Of a stretch of 64,000 nucleotides of DNA, positions 15,295-27,200 are shown one piece after another; the stretch's first letter is position 1, and every line of letters starts with the position of its first letter. The DNA comes from Octopus vulgaris. Its lineage: Eukaryota. The position numbers and the translations under genes were made by a program. Where the stretch lies: NCBI GenBank assembly GCA_951406725.2, contig OX597816.1, positions 17,856,001 through 17,920,000 on the forward strand, in the 5' to 3' direction. Below the pieces are notes generated by a model. It saw nothing but the letters and a program-made list of their open reading frames with translations, was not told the origin of the DNA and ran no database searches.

Positions 15295-15672
15295 TCTTAT
15301 TTCTTTATTGCTCACAAGGGGCTAAACACAGAGGAGGAAAACAAAGGGATTAAGTCGATTACGTCGAACCAGTGCGTAACTGGTACTTAATTTATCGACG
15401 CCGAAAGGATGCAAGGCAAAGTAGACCTCGGCGCAATTTGAACTCAGAACATAACGGCAGACGAAATACCTATTTCTTTACTACTCAGAAGAGGCTAAAC
15501 ACAGAGGGGACAAACAAGAACAGACACACGGATTAAGTCGATTACATCGACCACAGTGCGTAACTAGTACTTATTTAATGGACCCCGGAAGGATGAAAGG
15601 CAAAGTCGACCTCGGCGGAATTTGAACTCTGAATGTAACGGCAGTCGAAATACCGCTAAGCATTTCGTCCGG
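15295..15672 (-). mobile_element. SINE family A dimer
   Basis: Two body units joined at the same GACGAAATACCTATTTCTTTAC junction. Confidence 0.88.
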
Positions 15673-15992
15673 CTATAGTAGAAGACGCTTGCAGAAGATG
15701 CCACGCAGTGGGAATGAATCCAGAAGCATGTGGCTGGTAAGCAACTGTTTACTACGTTTACTTTCATTTTGCTTTTTAACTTGTGTCCTGTTCTGGAAGT
15801 ATAACGGTTAGGCTTTCTATCCTGTATCACTAGTATCCAGCTTTTGTCTTGGTACACTGTGTTCAGGGTCGGATGGCTTAGTTTCAATTCCTGGATGCGA
15901 TTTCTTTTTCCCATTCGAGTTCCGGACCTCAGTTATGAACTCATATGCATACAGCCAATCAGAGCTCAAGTATCAAAACTAATTTATGAGCG

Positions 15993-16522
15993 CACTAGCA
16001 GCATAACCCGGCATTGCCCGGGTATGTAAGAGCCCCTGGAACAGACATGATGCTCGCTGTGAATTTTTAAAAAGTTCCTGCCAATTTGTGAAAGATATTG
16101 TCGAAAATATGTCATCTTGAATTTGAACGCGATTTCCCAAAATGGCATGATTTTATCGATTTTTTTCTGATGGTAAGGTATTGCATGGAAAACTAATGAC
16201 AGAATTAAGTTTCTTAGGGTAACATTAAGCTTCACCATGAGTTTGGTGAAAATCGATTGCAAGTTGCGAAAACTACAACAGAAAATGTGTTGCAAATAAA
16301 AAGCTTAGATTCTCGACCCCATGTCGAATTCATCCATTATTTTCAGAACTGGAGGAACTTTTCAAAATTTTCGCTGCGTTAGTTTTGAATTATGGCATTG
16401 GGCCATGTGTGTGTCAAGTTTCATCAGAATCGGTTGAAAGCCGTGGTCAGGGTGAGGGTACAACCTGAGAGATACACAGACACACAGACAGACAAACTGC
16501 CATTTATATATAGAGAGAAGAT
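15993..16522 (+). mobile_element. Non-autonomous Helitron/Helentron-like element (Lep1/HINE-type architecture)
   Basis: Starts ACTAGC followed by the GC hairpin ACCCGGCATTGCCCGGGT. It contains AAGTTTCATCAGAATCGGT and (CAGA)n, and ends TTTATATATAGAGAGAAGAT. Confidence 0.65.
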
Positions 16523-16982
16523 AACTGATGGGCGATAAGATAAGATCACTTGCGTAAGGAATGACCGTGCTTCTTTTCTCTTTTAAGAATGCTTGTTGTT
16601 CTGGTTCTTTTTCCAACCATGGCTGCCTCTGCGTAGTTATTTGTGTTGTTCTTTATTTTGTAAAACAGTAAGAGGAGAAGGTTGCTAGCATATCACCCTG
16701 TACCCACATTTTTCCCATCCATATCTTTACCATATGGGGCCCTTAGAAACTCCGATAATGTGTATATATGCAAATCTATCTAATTACTTGTCGCCTATTA
16801 AAAAATCCAGCATAACTTGGCGATCGGTCGTATTACAACACCGTTCTTCGTCTTGAGTTTACTTGGTAGAGTGTGTTTGTTTACTTGACAACAAAGTCAC
16901 AGTTAGCTCTGATTGACTGTACGCAAATGAGTTCATTGCTGGGGTCCGGAAATCTCGTGGGAAAAACTTTCGCTTCCTGGGC

Positions 16983-17165
16983 AGAGTGGTGCGTTGTGTT
17001 CTTGAACAAAACAAACACTCTATCTCACTTTGTTCCCCCATCACATCGACACTTCACTCGTGGTACAGCGCGCGCCTGTTCACGAAACGTGGATTTGATG
17101 GAGACAGTCAGATAACGTACAACACATACATGTAGTCACTATAAACAAATCATTTGTGCTGGTCG
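16983..17165 (+). mobile_element. 5'-truncated tRNA-derived SINE (family E), related to 42783-43100
   Basis: Shares GTGTTCTTGA.CAAAACA, GATTTGATGG and AAACAAATCATTTGTGCTG with 42783-43100. Confidence 0.65.
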
Positions 17166-17276
17166 TGTGTGTGTATGCATATGTGTCTATGTGTGAGTAT
17201 ATATATATATGTATGCATATATGTGTGTGTGCGTAAGTCTGTACATATATATATTATATGTATATAAATTAGAGAA

Positions 17277-17359
17277 GAACCACTATGTAGCGGTTCAACA
17301 ATGATATAATTAAATTGTGGAATTGCTACATGGTGGTTCTTTTCTAATTTATTTACATA
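17277..17359. repeat. Imperfect inverted repeat (~34 bp arms), probable Penelope-type remnant
   Basis: ATGTATATAAATTAGAGAAGAACCACTATGTAGC versus GCTACATGGTGGTTCTTTTCTAATTTATTTACAT. Confidence 0.7.
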
Positions 17360-17445
17360 TATATTGTGAAATTTGATTTAGTATTACTAAACTGAATTTT
17401 TCCCTATAAGTTTGGAATCATATTCGCAAATATTATTATTATTAC

Positions 17446-17526
<81 letters not shown>

Positions 17527-18512
17527 CATTATATCCCTGCATGAAGTAGGTTATAAAGATGGCTACACAGTACTAATACTGCTTCCGCCGCTTATAAGTG
17601 ACTAATATAGATACGTACCTGCATACATACACGGATACATGCATACCAAATGCACGCACAAATGTATATTTAATCGGTATGTATATCAATGCATAGGTAT
17701 TAATATATCTGTATACACATCTATATGTGTGTGTGTGTGTGTGTGTGTGGTTACTTATAACGATGTGAGTGTATGTATACGTGTTGATGTGAATCTATAT
17801 GTATTTTTCTAGATATCAATATTACTATTACTAAACGTGGGATATGTATGTTTGTTAATAAAATATCATTCAAATAATTTCATTGGTAAATTTAAAACAT
17901 CAATTATAACTCTCAGTTACTGTATCTAACATATCTGCATTTTGAATGAGCAGTCTTCAGAGTTACTTTCTCTTATTTGATCAATATTAATTATCTATAT
18001 CTTTGAGTTTGTATGGCCGAGTTATATATTTTATGATAAAATTACTTTGAAGTAAACAAAATCAACACTTTTGAAAACATTCCAAAATTCTACATCGATA
18101 CGATCGTAATAGACCTAGATTATTTCTTGCTGCTTTTCCATTTCCATCATTATGTAGAACAGTGACTGGTTTATGCCAGCACATTCTGGCATGCTTGCGG
18201 ACGCACACACTCACACATACACACTCACACACACACACATACACACACACACACACACACGTACACATACGTACACACACACACGTGGAAGAAAATATTC
18301 AGCTTTCAGCTATCTCTTCATGTATGAATATATAGAAATATATTTATACATACATACATACATACACACATATATAAATACACACACACATATATATATA
18401 TACATACATATATATATATTTACGTATATGCACCTATGTATATGTGTATACACACATGCACACACATACATATATATAAACATATTTATCTATGTATAAG
18501 CATATATAAGTA

Positions 18513-18576
<64 letters not shown>

Positions 18577-18580
18577 GTAA

Positions 18581-18995
18581 GGCGGCGAGCTGGCAGGATC
18601 AATAGCATGCTGGACAAAATGTCTAGCGGCATTTTCGTACGTCTTCACGTTCTGATTTTAACTTCCTCCGAGATCGACCTTGCCTTTCATCCTTTCGGGT
18701 TCGAGAAAATAAGTACCAGTTGAACACTGGGGTCGTTGTAATCGACTCATCCCCTCCCCAGAATTGTTGCCCTTATAGCAAAATTTGAAGCCGTTTTTAT
18801 TATCATAGTAAGGTGGCGATCTGGCCGGATTGATAGTATGCCGGACAAAATGACAGTCGGCATTTTCGTCCCACTTGACGTTCTGAGTTTAACTTCCACC
18901 GAAGTAGAGTTTGCATTTTATTCTTTCGCAGAGGGACGATGAAATCCACTATCCCCCTACCCCAAAATTTTAGGCCTAAAACCTGTAATAGAAAA
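18581..18995 (+). mobile_element. Two adjacent older SINE family A copies downstream of (ATT)n
   Basis: Heads GGCGGCGAGCTGGCAGG and GGTGGCGATCTGGCCGG, with core GCCTTTCATCCTTTCGGG. Confidence 0.8.
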
Positions 18996-19576
18996 GAGTA
19001 CTGTTATAATGTTGATGACGATGATGATGACGGCGTATATAATGATAATGTAAAGCACCAGACAAAATACTTATCGGTATTTCGTCCGTCTATGTTCCCA
19101 GCTTAAATATCTATCACATATCTACTGGGATTGTGCCTATAGTTATTATTATCATATTTATTATTATTATTAATATTATTATTATTATTATCATTATCCT
19201 CCACCTCCTCATCATCATTCTCATGATCATCACATCTTTCAATCGACAATGCAGACCCATCATATCGCACATATGTTTTTGTTTAAAAAATTCTTTTGTA
19301 AAAACTTTTGTACTATGGTGTTATGAAACTGACCAGAATTCCAAGGAACTGTTCAAACCTGATTCCTTTTGTCCTTTCCGAGTGGAATAACAAGCATTCA
19401 TTAAAATCGAAAAAACAAGCATTCATTAAAAAGAAAACAGTACATGGCTTTAGAACTGGAAATCGTGAGGATGGCTGTTAGAGCTGCGTCTAAAAACAGG
19501 AATTTTTACTCCGCCTCCACTCACCAAGCCCGTTGGGAACTCGACACGTAACCGTAATGAGAGTAGACACATCAAT

Positions 19577-19935
19577 AACAGGAGCACTCAGAGATCAGAA
19601 ACCTCCACTAAGGCAACACCAATGTCCTCTCAACGATTAGCCAGAGATAATTTTTAAAATGAGAATATCTGAAATAAACACGACTTCTCTCACAAACGAG
19701 AATACTAAAGAGGAACCCGACCGCTCTCAAAAATTAAGTAAAAAGAAAAACCGGAAAAATAATCCAGAATCATTGTCCGGTACCGCATCGATCCCGAAAT
19801 CTAATCAGTTCGCATTACAAGGCCAAACATACGTGAAAGTTTCTTCCGAATCAATCCAATGGTTCTTGAGATATCTTGTCCACGGACAAACAAAAAACAC
19901 GATTGCAAAAAATACCTCTGCCTTCGCCAAACATG
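19577..19935 (+). mobile_element. Helentron-associated (HINE/DINE-1-like) non-autonomous element
   Basis: Starts AACAGGAGCACTCAGAG..AAACCTCCACTAAGG, with internal AAAGTTTCTTCCGAATC..GTTCTTGAGATATC and GGACAAACAAA. It ends near AATACCTCTGCCTTCG. Confidence 0.5.
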
Positions 19936-20300
19936 TAGTGTCTAATGCCTCATATTGTGATTCATGTCCTATACTACTCCACATATTACAATGTTACAAT
20001 GCAAATATATATAGCGGGAGGTATACCTGACAATTACAGCCCGCATTTTAGATGCGTTTTCAGTTTTAAAGGCACAGCAAGTTGCGCCAGTGATTCTGTG
20101 TTTTTCAAGTGTAATATTTTCTCTCGATATATCCGGAAGGGTTTTCTGTGCTGCTTGACTCGAGGGAAGAATTAATCCGCTTTTGTCTTTCCTTAAGCAG
20201 TAATATTGAAGTTTACTTTTTACCTTCTCCTAGATAATCACTATGTCAACGAAATGCAGTAAGGATTTACAATAATATTCAAGCTACATTTTTCCCTCAG

Positions 20301-20800
20301 TGGAGGCGCGTGGCTTAGTGGTTAGAGTGTCAGCATCATGATCGTAAGATTGTGGTTTCGATTCCTGAACTGGGCGACGCGTTGTGTTCTTGAGCCAAAT
20401 ATTTCATTTCACGTTGCTCCAGTCCACTCAGCTGGCAAATAGGAGTAACGCTGCGATGGACTGACATTCCGTCCAGCTGGCGAACACATACGCCATAGAA
20501 ACCGGGAAACCGGGGCCATGAGCCTGGCTATGTTTTAAAAGGGCGCCAGTGGAGGCGCGTGACTTCGTGGTTAGGGTGTCAGCATCATGATGGAAAGATT
20601 GTGGTTTCGATTCCTGGACCGGGTGACGCGTTGTGTTCTTGAGCAAAACACTTCATTTCACGTTGATCCAGTCCGCTCAGGTGGCAAAAAGGAGTAACGC
20701 TGCGATTGACTGGCGTCTCGTCGAGCCGGGGAACACATACGCCATTGAAACCGGGAAACCGGACCCATGAGTCTGGCTAGGCTTTAAAAGGCCGCATTTA
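20301..20800 (+). mobile_element. Head-to-tail dimer of a tRNA-derived SINE (family C; central region resembles the Deu/Nin domain)
   Basis: Two ~250 bp copies (20301-20547, 20550-20800). Each has A-box TGGCTTAGTGG, B-box GGTTTCGATTCC, then GTGTTCTTGAGC, CTGCGATGGACT..CCGTCCAG and GAAACCGG. Confidence 0.88.
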
Positions 20801-21131
20801 TTTTTTTTATTTATATTTTCCCTGTAGCTCTGATAGTTCCCCAAAATGCGAAGCTTAGTATTTACATAGCCGTTATATGATCGGATCGTGGTTGTTGGAA
20901 TGGTGATGATGATGACGATAACGATGACGACGATAACTTCGTGATTTTGATTGATGACGACGACGACGACGGCAGCGATAGCATGTATTTGATTCTTGAA
21001 GCAAAAGAAACCAAAAATTATACTGAAGAACAACATACAAAGCGAGTGGAATATAATAAATATGCCGCCCAGTAATGTCAAACGTACAGAACGGCTTAAT
21101 AGAATAAGCTCCTAAAAACGTATAAGCTAAA

Positions 21132-21242
<111 letters not shown>

Positions 21243-21617
21243 TTTTTGTGTAATTTAGGAATAAATGAAACACAACATATTTGAATTAATATCGGTGTTT
21301 TCTCAGGAAAAGATGGCGACGTAATTTTGAAATGTAGTGAATGAATTAAAGGATGAAATGTGTTTTTGAAATTCTTGTATAATGAAAACATTTCATCAGA
21401 TAAATAAGCAGATGGTTCTCAAAACATTATCGGTAAATTAAAAAATCAGACTTGTGTTCACTGCTTAACTTTAAAGCGTGGGCTGACTTGCTTTGAGTGA
21501 CGTAAAACAATAAATGGTAAAACAATAAATGGTAAAACAATAAATGGTTTTACGTCTTAGGAATAAAAGCAATGATGCACTGAATACGTAATCTTTACGT
21601 TTGCCTCTGTAAGAGAT

Positions 21618-22040
21618 TGGTTTCATATTTTAGCACAAGGCCAGCAATTTAAGGAGGGACGATAAGTTGAGTACATCGGCATCAGTGTTCAACTGGTACT
21701 TATTTTATATATCCCGAAAGGATGAAGGGCAATGTCGATAAAATTTGAACACAGAATTTAAATGCGGACGAAATGACGTGCAACCGATCCTGCTAGCTCG
21801 CTGCGTTATGCCTTAGTAAGATATAGTTTCTACTGGAAGCGCAAAGCCTGAAATTTGGATGGTGGGGACATGTCGATTAAATCGACCTCAGTATTTCACT
21901 GGTACTTAATTTATCGACCCCAAACGGATGAAAATCAAAGTCGACCTCGGCGGAATTTGAACTCAAAACGTAGCGACGGGCTCTAAATACCGCCAAGCAT
22001 TTTACCCGTTGTGCTAATGATTCTACCAGCTCGCTGGGTT
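21618..22040 (-). mobile_element. Two decayed SINE family A copies
   Basis: Core reverse complements at about 21715 and 21925. Confidence 0.8.
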
Positions 22041-22261
22041 ATACCGCTGTAAGATATTAAGAAATATTTTCATATTTAGATAAAAAGAATCTCACATCAT
22101 ATAATACTGTACTCGTATGCATGAAAAAATAGTTATTATGGGAAATCTTAACAATATATAGGAAGTTTGAAAAACATATGAAATTATACATACCTACGTA
22201 CATACATACATTTACACACACACACATATATATGCATACGTATATGTATACGTTCATATAT

Positions 22262-22301
<40 letters not shown>

Positions 22302-23289
22302 ATCGCTCTCTCTTTCCCTCTCTCTCTCTCTCTCTCTGTATATATATATGTATGTGTAGAGTATTTGGAGTGGTCTACAGATATTGTATACTGAGAAAAT
22401 GAAGCCAGTCAGAATTCTGAATAATTCTTTATTAGTGCCTTTGTTCATTTATCGAACTCGTCAAGACAAAATCAAAATCAAAATGGTAAAAGCCGAATGT
22501 TTGGTTGTTCATTTATATGAACCGAATGATGTTTTGTTTAGTTTAGAAAAGGAGAAAAATGCTTTTGTTTTTCTCGGAAAAGGTCGAAAGAGAGAATGTA
22601 TATATAATTTTTTCATTCTTTCATTTTTAAATGTTTTTCCTTTATATTTTTTCCCATATATATTTTTTCCATACATTTTTCATATCTTATCATATCTTTA
22701 TTCATATTTTACGTGTAACATTCACCTGAATTTTTGTCATTCGTATTAGTTTCCATTCGTTTCTTAATCATCCTCTTCATTTGGATATGTATATCTTTTT
22801 CATTTTTATATTTATAATTTTATATTTTCTTATCATTAGTATATATTTTTCCTCATTCTTATATATTTTCTCATTCATGTATATTTTTTATTTATATATA
22901 CATTTTTAGGCGTAATTCACAATTAATTCTTAATTAATTATGGCTTTAACTGCAGGGTTCAATGAATTTATTTACATATCTATGTTTTGACATACTAGGA
23001 ATTTATTTATACATCTGTATAGTTTGATACACCTTTATATATAATGATAGATAAAAATATAAACGGGGGATAGGTGGACCTGAAGATTGGGGTTGTATAT
23101 AAGGGGAGATTCTGTAAAAGTGCGCGTGTCTCAAGAAACTCATGAAGCACGTGTAGTCGACAACTTTGAACATGAATAGTAAGTATTAAATATAATATTC
23201 TTTGACATGGCTGAATTTATATTCTGATGTGATGAATCTTATGGGGTTTGCTGTCTCTACTGATACTTTGTGCTATATATATATATATT

Positions 23290-23480
23290 ATTTTTCCCGC
23301 CGTCTTCCCTTCCTTGGATCTTTCCTTTTCCTATGTTTCTGACGAAGAGCTCCACTCGAAACGTTAAATCCTTCTTCTTTCTTTCCTTTCCTGAGCGTCC
23401 AATAACACTATACTTGGTCCACGTCTTCGCGTTGTTGTGTTTTCTCTTTGTCTTTTCATATTTGGATTAAGTTTAACTAT
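23290..23480 (+). mobile_element. Short HHR-bearing repeat (family H1), with copies at 53020-53190, 59705-59825 and 62545-62765
   Basis: Shared GAAGAGCTC..CTCGAAACGTTAAA and CCTGAGCGTC motifs. Bounded by (TA)n. Confidence 0.75.
23335..23369 (+). ncRNA. Minimal type I hammerhead ribozyme motif (family H1)
   Basis: GTTT-CTGACGA(A)-GAG ctcca CTC-GAAACGTT-AAAT. Core is present with one extra A, stem II is GAG/CTC, stem III is the palindrome ACGT, and stem I is GTTT/AAAT. Confidence 0.62.
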
Positions 23481-23498
23481 ATATATATATATATATAT

Positions 23499-23954
23499 AT
23501 ACTTTATAATTAGTGTTCAGCAAAGATTTGCTTCACCACATACCGAAGTTTAGGAATAGCAGTCAAAAAATCTTAGCTATTCCTTCTACTTTAAAAGGGG
23601 CTCCCAGAAAACCAGAGTACTTGAAAACAATCTACGCAGGCAAAGGGGAAAAATAACGAAAATCAATCGATATTAGGTTACCCACGTTCGTGCGTTTCGG
23701 AATTAGATCGGCATAAAGAATAAATAATTATACCTTACCCGACCATTTTCGACTCATCAGCGTGGGATTCCTCAAATATCAATTATTAAATATTAAATTC
23801 GAAGGCACTGGAATATATCTCTCCACCTAACGGTATCAGACAGATCATATTCAGTGCTAGTGCCGCCAAATTCAAAATACGAATGAGAGTTCATCACCTT
23901 CCTCTGCCCATTAGCGTGTCGCCAAATCTTTGCTGAACCCTAATTATAAAGTAT
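23499..23954. mobile_element. Element with 32-bp inverted termini (1 mismatch) and an internal HHR motif; Penelope-like remnant
   Basis: ATACTTTATAATTAGTGTTCAGCAAAGATTTG versus CAAATCTTTGCTGAACCCTAATTATAAAGTAT, between (TA)n tracts. Confidence 0.7.
23681..23766 (-). ncRNA. Type I hammerhead motif with a damaged cleavage triplet
   Basis: Minus strand CCCACG-CTGATGA-gtcg...ttcc-GAAAC-GCAC-GAA-CGTGGG. Stem I is a perfect 6 bp and both core boxes are intact, but GUH is replaced by GAA and stem II is decayed. Confidence 0.6.
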
Positions 23955-24047
23955 TACTTAAGCTTACTATGAAATGGTCTTTTTCATGCCGAATTCTACT
24001 TGGTGAAATTACTGATTACTTCTTAATTAATTGATTTTACCCTTTGT

Positions 24048-24110
<63 letters not shown>

Positions 24111-24706
24111 TGTATATTAAAGAAATATAACCCAAAATAATTTATACTCGAGAATTAAATAGTAGACATCAATATAATTAAGTTATACAAGTGCAGGAAA
24201 ATATGCTTATAGAATCAGTGATGAGGTAAATAAATAGTTACATATTTCTCACATTCTCTGCCTGTCTGTCTGTCTCTCTCTAAAAGAATAGGTATAACTC
24301 GTGAATATATACATTCCGTGCATTTTACTTATAGTTTTCACTACAACTCACCACTCGCGAAGATCGTTTCATCTAAGTTATTCACTATATATATCTATAT
24401 ATATGCATATATATATATTCTCTATCTGTTTCTTCTCCTCCCTCCGAATTACGCATTTCCTTTTTCTGGGTCTCTTCAATGGCAAAGAATCAAAATAATA
24501 TTATATATATTACATATATATATATACGCATACACACGCGCACGCGCACACACGCACGCGCACACACACACACGCACGCGCACGCGCACAATCCCACATA
24601 CTCACACACATACATACGCACACACGTTACATGGTTTTATGTACATATATCTCCATATCTCTACATGTTTCTTCCCCTCCCTCTCTTCCTCCCACACTGT
24701 TTCTCA

Positions 24707-24746
<40 letters not shown>

Positions 24747-24796
24747 ATATTTCGGAATGGTCATTTTGCCAGTTTAGCCAATAATATATATATATA

Positions 24797-24830
<34 letters not shown>

Positions 24831-25651
24831 TAACTTCATCAATACAGCCGCATATATTTATCTATATATCGGTGTCCTGCGATGGTCTTTGTCACAGACC
24901 GTGCGCAGTGCTTCGTTCTAATAAAACCAGTGAAATACCTAAACATAAAACACGGTCCTCTTCCACTAGATATGCACTGCTAGCTTATTAACATGACATA
25001 TCTTCATACAGCGTGGTAACAGTAATAATATTATTCCTAAAAAAAGAAGGACTCATATTTCTGTAACCGAACAGTATTTCAGATGAACACTGATAAATCC
25101 TGTCCTATAACTTGCACACATCTCCTTGTATAAAAAGCAAGCAAATACTGCAACGTAAGCAGCCTCAGGAGCTTCACCTGACTTAACCTTTGATTGTATG
25201 TACTTTATTAGATTGCATAAGAAATTGTGATTAGATTATATCATGACACTCAGAAAATACAATTATTATGAACAAAATCACTTTCCTTTCACGTATGTTC
25301 AGAGTTATATACAAGTAAATTATCGCCATAAAACGAACAGAAAAAAAATTTGTGTTAGTAGAATACAGCATGCATACGCTACCTCTGCTTCTGTTGGAAT
25401 ATGTGGCATCTCCCAGTGCTACATATTATTACACTTAGCGCTAGTTTCACTTAGTGTTCTCTCAGAACTGTCATAATATTTGGTACAAAGGAAAGGAAAA
25501 GAAAAATTCCCGGTAGAATCCATCGTTATCACTGACTTGGTGTTCGTCATAAATTAACCCTCTTTATAGATGTGCAGCACAAAACATGTATATATATATA
25601 TATATATATGCAGCGTAACCATAATATATATGAGCATACATATATGCATAC

Positions 25652-25682
<31 letters not shown>

Positions 25683-25872
25683 TACACATATATATTATTT
25701 ATGTATATATATATATATAGATGTATATACACACATATATATACAAATATATATATACATATGTAAATATAAATATATATATATATATATATATAATATA
25801 TAAATATGTAAATACGTACATACATACATACATTCATACATACACATACATACATATCTATCTATCTATCTA

Positions 25873-25915
<43 letters not shown>

Positions 25916-25917
<2 letters not shown>

Positions 25918-26282
25918 GGGAAGGGTGGAGAGATATGCACTGATATACATCTGGAAAATACTGGAGGGTCTTGTCCCGAATTTTGGCATTAAAAGTTACC
26001 CCAACAGGAGAACGGGGTGCCATTGCATGGAGCCAAAGATCCCAACACCACCATTAAAATACAGGACCAGATATTGCAACAGCTTAGGTTTCAGGGGACC
26101 ACAGCTCTTCAACATCCTTCCTAAATGGAAATACAGATGCGGGCAGCGGCGTCGAACTCCCTTGTTGACCAAGTGCCACGTATCAGAGGTGGTTTCACAT
26201 ACTAGTGTAGCTCATTCAACGGTGGTGCCCCAGCATGGCCGCAGCTTTCGAGCTGAAACATTTTTAAGGATTTAAGGATTTA
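25916..26282 (+). mobile_element. Non-LTR retrotransposon 3' fragment (CR1-group-like RT C-terminus plus 3' UTR)
   Basis: [20 protein letters not shown]...[19 protein letters not shown]. The 3' end is GGTGGTGCCCCAGCATGGCCGCAGCTTTCGAGCTGAAAC followed by (TTTAAGGA)2. Confidence 0.8.
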
Positions 26283-26431
26283 CATATATATATTTAATAT
26301 TTTTGGAGTAATGCGTTGAAGTGGTGAGTAGAGCACTGTCACAGTTTGGGTTACCTGGTGCCAGGCACTGTCGGGATGTGTTTCCGTTTGATCAAATTCA
26401 CGAATTCCCTAGTGTTAGTTGATATAATAAC

Positions 26432-26527
<96 letters not shown>

Positions 26528-26530
<3 letters not shown>

Positions 26531-27151
26531 TGCCTAAGTAACGAGAATATGGATTTGGTATTAATCTTTATTCTATACAACGGTCCTTCCGACTCATCCT
26601 AATACTTTCCCTTATGGGTGGGACTCCTTTCAACAAATTCTGTTGTATCAATTTTGTACTCTGGGTCTCATGAGGGATATCTATACATAAAGGTTTGTGC
26701 CTCTCTAAAGATCCCAAGTTTTGACTGTCACGTGGTTATATGTCCATCCTTTTAGGGATTGAAGCATCACTACAATATTCTATTACTTCTAACTTTTTTC
26801 AATAAGAACTGCAAACTCTTGTAAATATAGACAAACGATTCTTTTTAGCGATAATCGTTTGTCTATATTTACAAGAGTTTGTAACTTTTATTGAAAAACA
26901 ACGATAATAGTAATAGAATATCGTAGTGGTGCTTCATTCCCTAACCAGAAGGGTATATAACAACATGACAGCCAAAACTGGGGATCTTTAGCGAGACACA
27001 AACCTTTTTGCATAGATGTCCCAGACAGCGAAACTGATACAAAACATGTTGAAAGGAGTCCCACCCATAAGAGACAGTACCATGATGGGTTGAAAGGACC
27101 GTTGTATAAAATAAAGGTTAATACCAATTCCATCTTTCCGTTACTTAAGCA

Positions 27152-27155
<4 letters not shown>
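26528..27155. repeat. ~630 bp imperfect palindrome with a perfect 29-bp inner hairpin
   Basis: The outer arms align as reverse complements (e.g. CTTATGGGTGGGACTCCTTTCAACA / TGTTGAAAGGAGTCCCACCCATAAG). The inner arm CAAACTCTTGTAAATATAGACAAACGATT faces its exact inverse across a 12-nt spacer. Confidence 0.9.

Positions 27156-27200
<45 letters not shown>

Noticed and set aside
20301-20375. tRNA genes at SINE heads (also 31835-31910, 38564, 42783)
   Set aside because: Acceptor stems do not close and each continues into a repeated SINE body.
22432-22468. TTGACGA-GTTC..GAAC half hammerhead on the minus strand
   Set aside because: No GAAA box or cleavage triplet follows.
23077-23131. GGAC-CTGAAGA ... 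GCGCGT-GTCT possible decayed hammerhead
   Set aside because: GAAAC and stem II are not recoverable.
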